Below the pieces are notes generated by a model, which worked only from the letters and a program-made list of their open reading frames with translations, did not search any database and had not been told where the DNA came from. Made by a program: the position numbers and the translations under genes. A DNA stretch of 36,582 nucleotides from Octopus sinensis (lineage: Eukaryota): assembly GCF_006345805.1 (NCBI RefSeq), contig NW_021835928.1, forward strand, positions 1-36,582. The letters are read 5' to 3'. Each line of letters begins with the position of its first letter. The first letter of the stretch is position 1. Below, piece after piece: positions 32,766 through 36,582 of this stretch.

Positions 32766-33096
32766 CTGGAAGAGAAAAGAAAATAAATGAGAGAGGGAGA
32801 GAAAGAGGAGGAGGAAGAAAAAAGGAGAAAATAGAGAGAGAGAGAGGAGGATGGGAGAAGAGGACAGAGGAGGTAAGAGAGAGGGAGAAAGAGGAAGAGG
32901 GAAAGAGAGGAGAGATACACCCACCACCCCACACACACACATCATCAGTAAGCTGACCACTGGCTTATGAGTAAATTTGGTAGACAGAAAGTGTTTGGAA
33001 ACCCGTTATATCAAGCAACCATCATGATGTTGGTATGGGTTAGATGTTTTGAGTGAGACTGGTCAGCTGGAGAGCTATACCAGGCTATAATATATA

Positions 33097-33880
33097 TCTA
33101 TATATATAAAAGTGAGGTTGTGTGGTGTCTGTCTCCTACAATTTAGATTCTTAACTACTCCCACATTTTGCGGTGCAGTTTAACCAAAACCGGGTATCTT
33201 ATAGTCGTGATTCATATCGAGCCCTTCTGGGTATTAGCGCGCGTCTACAATGAGTCTACGATTTTAAAAATAATTTACCATCATTTTTTTCCATTTTAAT
33301 GCATTTTTTCGCTATTATATAAGGGAAGTAACTCTCTAAAAATGTCTATGATGAGTCAACGATTTAAAAAAAAATTTACCATCATTTTTTTCCCGTTTTT
33401 AATGCATTTTTTGCTATTTTTTGGCTATAACTCTCTAAAAACGCTTATATAGTTATTTCCCTTACAAACCCGAGCGATACTGCTAGTCTTTACGTATAAA
33501 AGTGAGGTTGTTTGCTGTCTGTCTCCTACGATTTACATTCCTAACTACTCCCACATTTTGCGGTGTAGTTTAACCAAAACCGGGTATCTTATAGTCGTGA
33601 TTCATATCGAGCCCTTCTGGGTATTAGCGCGCGTCTACGATGAGTCTACGATTTAAAAAAAAATTTACCATCAATTTTTCCCATTTTTAATGCATTTTTG
33701 GCATATATAAAGGAAGTAACTCTCTAAAAATTCATTATTAAATCTAAACGTAAAAATCTACAGTAACACCCCCCCTTTGTGGTTAGCCATATTGAGATGG
33801 CTATTATACTTTACATCTCTAAAAATGCTTATATAGTTATTTCCCTTACAAACCTGAGCAACGCCGGGCGATACTGCTAG
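33097..33880 (+). mobile_element. Head-to-tail Helitron dimer (33097-33486 and 33487-33880)
   Basis: Junction CTGCTAG|TCTTTACGTATAAAAG; both units match the 21548 copy. Confidence 0.85.
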
Positions 33881-34155
33881 TATATATATATGTATATATG
33901 ATGGACTCTCCCATCAAAGACAATGTATGAATGATACTCTTTACCCTTTTACTTGTTTCAGTCATTTGACTGTGACCATGCTGGAGCACCGCCTTTCAGT
34001 CAAGCAAATCGATCCCAGGATTTATTCTTTGTAAGCTTAGTACTTATTCTATCAGTTCTCTTTTGCTGAACTGCTAAGTTACAGGGACATAAACACACCA
34101 GCGTTGGTTGTCAAGTGATGGTGAGGGAACAAACACAGACACAAACAAACACATA

Positions 34156-34195
<40 letters not shown>

Positions 34196-34461
34196 TATAT
34201 ACAGTGGGTTTCTTTCAGTTTCCATCTACCAAATCCAATCACACGGCTTATTCATTTTAGTGAAATGAATCAATTCCAGTACTTTTTTTCTATTTTTTAA
34301 AGCTCAAACTTATTCTATCAGTCTCTTTTGCCGAACTGCTAAGTTAAAGAGACGTAAACACAGCAACATCGGTTGTAAAGCAGTGACGAGGGACAGACAC
34401 AGATACACACACATAAGCTTCTTTTAGTTTCCATCTACCAAATCCTATGGCTATATATATG

Positions 34462-36582
34462 TATTTCTTTACTACCCCCAAGGGGCTAAACACAGAGGGG
34501 ACAAACAAGGGCAGAAAAAGGGATTAAGTCGATTACATCGACCCCAGTGCGTAACTGGTACTTAATTTATCGACCCCCGAAAGGATGAAAGGCAAAGTCG
34601 ACCTTGGCGGAATTTGAACTCGGAACGTAACAACAGACGAAATACCTATTTCTTTACTACCCACAAGGGGCTAAACACAGAGGGGACAAACAAGGACAGA
34701 CAAAGGGATTAAGTCGATTACATCGACCCCAGTGCGTAACTGGTACTTAATTTATCGACCCCCGAAAGGATGAAAGGCAAAGTCGACCTTGGCGGAATTT
34801 GAACTCGGAACGTAACAACAGACGAAATACCTATTTCTTTACTACCCACAAGGGGCTAAACACAGAGGGGACAAACAAGGACAGACAAAGGGATTAAGTC
34901 GATTACATCGACCCCAGTGCGTAACTGGTACTTAATTTATCGACCCCCGAAAGGATGAAAGGCAAAGTCGACCTTGGCGGAATTTGAACTCGGAACGTAA
35001 CAACAGACGAAATACCTATTCTTTACTACCCACAAGGGGCTAAACACAGAGGGGACAAACAAGGACAGAAAAAGGGATTAAGTCGATTACATCGACCCCA
35101 GTGCGTAACTGGTACTTAATTTATCGACCCCCGAATGGATGAAAGGCAAAGTCGACCTTGGCGGAATTTGAACTCGGAACGTAACAACAGACGAAATACC
35201 TATTTCTTTACTACCCACAAGGGGCTAAACACAGAGGGGACAAACAAGGACAGACAAAGGGGGATTAAGTCGATTACATCGACCCCAGTGCGTAACTGGT
35301 ACTTAATTTATCGACCCCCGAAAGGATGAAAGGCAAAGTCGACCTTGGCGGAATTTGAACTCAGAACGTAACAACAGACGAAATACCTATTTCTTTACTA
35401 CCCACAAGGGGCTAAACACAGAGGGGACAACAGGACAGACAAAGGGATTAAGTCGATTACATCGACCCCAGTGCGTAACTGGTACTTAATTTATCGACCC
35501 TCGAATGGATGAAAGGCAAAGTCGACCTTGGCGGAATTTGAACTCGGAACGTAACAACAGACGAAATACCTATTTCTTTACTACCCACAAGGGGCTAAAC
35601 ACAGAGGGGACAAACAAGGACAGAAAAAGGGATTAAGTCGATTACAATCGACCCCAGTGCTTAACTGTACTTACTTAATTTTCGACCCCCGAATGGATGA
35701 AAGGCAAAGTCGACCTTGGCGGAATTTGAACTCGGAACGTAACAACAGACGAAATACCTATTTCTTTACTACCCACAAGGGGCTAAACACAGAGGGGACA
35801 AACAAGGACAGACAAAGGGATTAAGTCGATTACATCGACCCCAGTGCATAACTGGTACTTAATTTATCGACCCCCGAAAGGATGAAAGGCAAAGTCGACC
35901 TTGGCAGAATTTGAACTCAGAACGTAACAACAGACGAAATACCTATTTCTTTACTACCACACCAAGGGGCTAAACAGAGGGACAAACAGGACAGACAAAG
36001 GGATTAAGTCGATTACATCGACCCCAGTGCGTAACTGACTTAATTTATCGACCCCCGAAAGGATGAAAGGCAAAGTCGACCTTGGCGGAATTTGAACTCG
36101 GAACGTAACAACAGACGAAATACCTATTTCTTTACTACCCACAAGGGGCTAAACACAGAGGGGACAAACAAGGACAGACAAAGGGATTAAGTCGATTACA
36201 TCGACCCCAGTGCGTAACTGGTACTTAATTTATCGACCCCCGAAAGGATGAAGGCAAAGTCGACCTTGGCGGAATTTGAACTCGGAACGTAACACAGACG
36301 AAATACCTATTTCTTTACTACCGCAAGGGGCTAAACACAGAGGGGACAAACACAGGACAGACAAAGGGATTAAGTCGATTACATCGACCCCAGTGCGTAA
36401 CTGGTACTTAATTATATCGACCCCCGAAAGGATGAAGGCAAAGTCGACCTTGGCGGAATTTGAACTCGGAACGTAACAACAGACGAAATACCTATTTCTT
36501 TACTACCCACAAGGGGCTAAACACAGAGGGGACAAACAAGGACAGACAAAGGGATTAAGTCGATTACATCGACCCCAGTGCG
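34462..36582 (-). repeat. 185-bp satellite, at least 11 copies, derived from SINE family 6
   Basis: Units start at 34462, 34647, 34832 and so on. The minus strand carries GAGTTCAAATTCC (B box) and GGTCGACTTTGCCTTTCATCC. The array runs off the window end. Confidence 0.93.

Noticed and set aside
32766-34460. Alternative bait-region cassette exons, as known for some invertebrate TEPs
   Set aside because: No exon-like segment with suitable splice sites and phase was found; the upstream exons lie outside the window.
34462-36582. Retrozyme (hammerhead-containing tandem repeat)
   Set aside because: No CTGANGA...GAAA core found on either strand; the unit is explained by SINE family 6.

Overview
Eukaryotic, repeat-dense intronic DNA. 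The SINE repertoire and microsatellite load look like an octopus (coleoid cephalopod) genome; this is from recall, not a database check. The window is the interior of one minus-strand gene encoding a thioester-containing protein (TEP; CD109/alpha-2-macroglobulin/insect-TEP-like). I reconstructed 11 coding exons by hand (1362 nt, about 454 aa), all with GT-AG boundaries and consistent phases. They run from the bait-region/FxETW segment through MG7 and CUB to the TED domain, with an intact GCGEQ thioester and the catalytic His (VIHKDMQGG). Both ends of the gene lie outside the window. About 96% of the window is intron, packed with several tRNA-derived SINE families, RTE and RLE-type LINE fragments, a decayed mariner with nested insertions, a DD37D maT relic, piggyBac-type TTAA MITEs, a hAT MITE, non-autonomous Helitrons and many tandem arrays. 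The most striking non-coding structure is a ~410-bp near-perfect palindrome (13204-13612) in the intron after the thioester exon. Each arm carries an identical minimal type-I hammerhead ribozyme motif of the Penelope-retroelement kind. Most ORFs in the supplied track are repeat artefacts. Coordinates were counted by hand; repeat boundaries are approximate.
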